Shown: piece by piece, positions 26,300 to 27,788 of the stretch
Layout of the letters: each line of letters begins with the position of its first letter
Numbering within the stretch: the first letter of the stretch is position 1
Assembly: GCA_037380845.1 (NCBI GenBank)
Contig: JARRRI010000038.1
Location: 740-28,527 of the forward strand
Direction of reading: 5' to 3'
Origin: Candidatus Sulfobium sp.
GTDB taxonomy: Bacteria; Nitrospirota; Thermodesulfovibrionia; Thermodesulfovibrionales; UBA6898
Length of the DNA: 27,788 nt
Position numbers and translations under genes: made by a program
The notes under the pieces: model-generated
Told to the model about the DNA's origin: nothing
Seen by the model: the letters and a program-made list of their open reading frames with translations, nothing else
Database searches by the model: none

Positions 26300-26967
26300 A
26301 CAATATTGAGATCGCAGAAGCAGAACCTGCCTTCCCGAAGCACCGTTTCTCCCCTCGTAAATGGCACCGCCTTCTGAAAGACCGGCCCGTCGTAGACAAA
26401 AGTGTGGAATTCACCGTTCTCGCCGCAAAGGTCAACGTCTCCCGGCAGATCGTCTATGAGAGATTCATCGTAATATCTGCCGGCAAAGCACGGATCGAGG
26501 ACCTCCGTATCAACACAGGTGATTATTGCCCTGAATCCAAGCTCAACAAATTCCCGGGCAAGCAGTTTTGTGTCCTTCTTCCATATGGGGAACAACCCTT
26601 TCATGCCTGCCTTTGCAAGCTTGTCCTCCCTGTAACTCCTCAGGTCTTCAAGAAATATGTCTCCGAAGCAGACGGTTCGAACTTCCCTGTGCCGCCCGAG
26701 CGCTTCGCTCATCCTGCTTTCATAATCTGCATCCGAAGAATCTTTGGTGATTAACACCTTTTCCAAAGGTATCTCCAGAGACGCTGCCTGCCTTTCGAGC
26801 AGGACCTCTCTGACGCCGTGCATACTGACCCTGTCGTAACCCTCTGTTACGGTCGTCAGAAGGGCGGCAACCTCGTATCCGCCCATTCCTTTCAGTCTAT
26901 GAAGTGCCATCGCGCTGTCCTTGCCCCCGCTCCATGCGAACAAAACTCTTTCAGTGTCCATCGGCAT
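26296..26967 (-). CDS. Dph6/MJ0570-family ATP pyrophosphatase (diphthine-ammonia ligase-like)
   Basis: PP-loop [39 protein letters not shown]. Start moved to ATG 26967 (or 26961) after AAGGAAAGG. Confidence 0.88.
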   Translation of the reverse strand: MPMDTERVLFAWSGGKDSAMALHRLKGMGGYEVAALLTTVTEGYDRVSMHGVREVLLERQAASLEIPLEKVLITKDSSDADYESRMSEALGRHREVRTVCFGDIFLEDLRSYREDKLAKAGMKGLFPIWKKDTKLLAREFVELGFRAIITCVDTEVLDPCFAGRYYDESLIDDLPGDVDLCGENGEFHTFVYDGPVFQKAVPFTRGETVLREGRFCFCDLNIV

Positions 26968-27018
26968 TTTTCCTTTCCTTAAGTAATGGCTGTTTATAAA
27001 ATACAGTTCGGGTTGGCT

Positions 27019-27075
27019 GCCATTCCCCAAGTTGACCCTGAACTTGATTCGGGATCAAGCCGGACAATGACAAAA
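27019..27075. repeat. Degenerate REP-like unit
   Basis: CCTGAACTTGATTCGGGATCAAGCCGGACAATGACAAAA; same ...AATGACAAAA end as 3915-3925. Confidence 0.55.
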
Positions 27076-27788
27076 TTATGACTTTGCCAGCACTCTCGGC
27101 CAAGTTCCGCTCCTTAGCCTCCTGACCCGTTCGACAACCGGGGGGTGAGAATAATAGATCTTCGCGTAAAGTGGATGTGGATGAAGGTTCGAGAGATTAT
27201 CCTTCGACAATTTCATAAGAGCAGTTGCCAGCCACTCCGGGGCCGAAGTCAGGTCGGCGGCAAAACGGTCCGCCTCGTTCTCATGTACTCTGGAAAAATA
27301 GCTGAAGGCAGGGGTGGCGGGAAACGAGACGATGCTGAAGATAAAGCCCAGGACGACTATCTTTGCGAAAAAAGCGGTCCCCTGAATGTTGAAGACGGCA
27401 GACAGAAAATCGATCTTCAGAAGCCTGAAGGATATATAGGCGGCCGCCAGAGCAATCATCTCCGTTACGGCTATCATTTTCAGGACATGCTTCTTCTTCC
27501 AGTGCCCCGCCTCATGGGCAAGAACAGCAAGGACCTCATTATCGTCCATTAACTCCAGCAGGGTGTCGTACAGGACTATCCTTTTTACTTTTCCTATGCC
27601 CGAAAAATATGCGTTCGTGTGACGGCTCCTCCTCGAGGCGTCTATTTTGAAGACCCTGCTCACCCTGATGCCCGCCCTCCCCATCAAATCACGGATTCTG
27701 TCTTCCAGTTCGTGGCCTTCAAGGGGCGTGAATTTATTGAACAGAGGTTCTATTACATAAGGCGATATGTACATCATGAAGAGGCTGA
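27076..27788 (-). CDS. M48 (Ste24/HtpX-like) membrane zinc metalloprotease, 5' end outside the window
   Basis: PLFNKF.PL, DAS.RS.H.NAYF.G, RIVL.DTL, LAHEAGH (HExxH), E.EAD.FA, YYSHPP..ER. Confidence 0.92.
   Translation of the reverse strand, partial: SLFMMYISPYVIEPLFNKFTPLEGHELEDRIRDLMGRAGIRVSRVFKIDASRRSRHTNAYFSGIGKVKRIVLYDTLLELMDDNEVLAVLAHEAGHWKKKHVLKMIAVTEMIALAAAYISFRLLKIDFLSAVFNIQGTAFFAKIVVLGFIFSIVSFPATPAFSYFSRVHENEADRFAADLTSAPEWLATALMKLSKDNLSNLHPHPLYAKIYYSHPPVVERVRRLRSGTWPRVLAKS

Overview
Bacterial window, about 50% GC by eye; gene style suggests Nitrospirota or a deltaproteobacterium (inference). It is almost entirely a cell-surface locus. (i) 1-5762 (+): tailoring operon with the 3' end of an LpxL-like acyltransferase, a SAM methyltransferase, an internally deleted B12-radical-SAM gene, a GT2 and a methyltransferase-GNAT fusion, interrupted by a REP-like palindrome cluster holding a GIY-YIG remnant. 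(ii) 5795-15164 (-): T2SS secretin (GspD, 5' end frameshifted), a lipoprotein, a probable S-layer/cell-surface protein, a secreted Ser/Thr-rich BACON/Ig-repeat protein and a TMTC-like GT-C+TPR protein glycosyltransferase. (iii) 15474-24334: glycosyltransferases, including a polyprenol-phosphate sugar synthase, a second GT-C-like membrane protein, a coiled-coil multidomain GT and a WbaP-type initiating transferase. (iv) hisA, hisF, a Dph6-like ATP pyrophosphatase and a partial M48 protease. The strongest candidate for an undescribed system is a secretin-exported S-layer/adhesin coupled to a bacterial TMTC-type protein O-glycosylation pathway. Several genes carry lesions that may be decay or assembly error. 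All family calls come from motif recognition; no database search was run.
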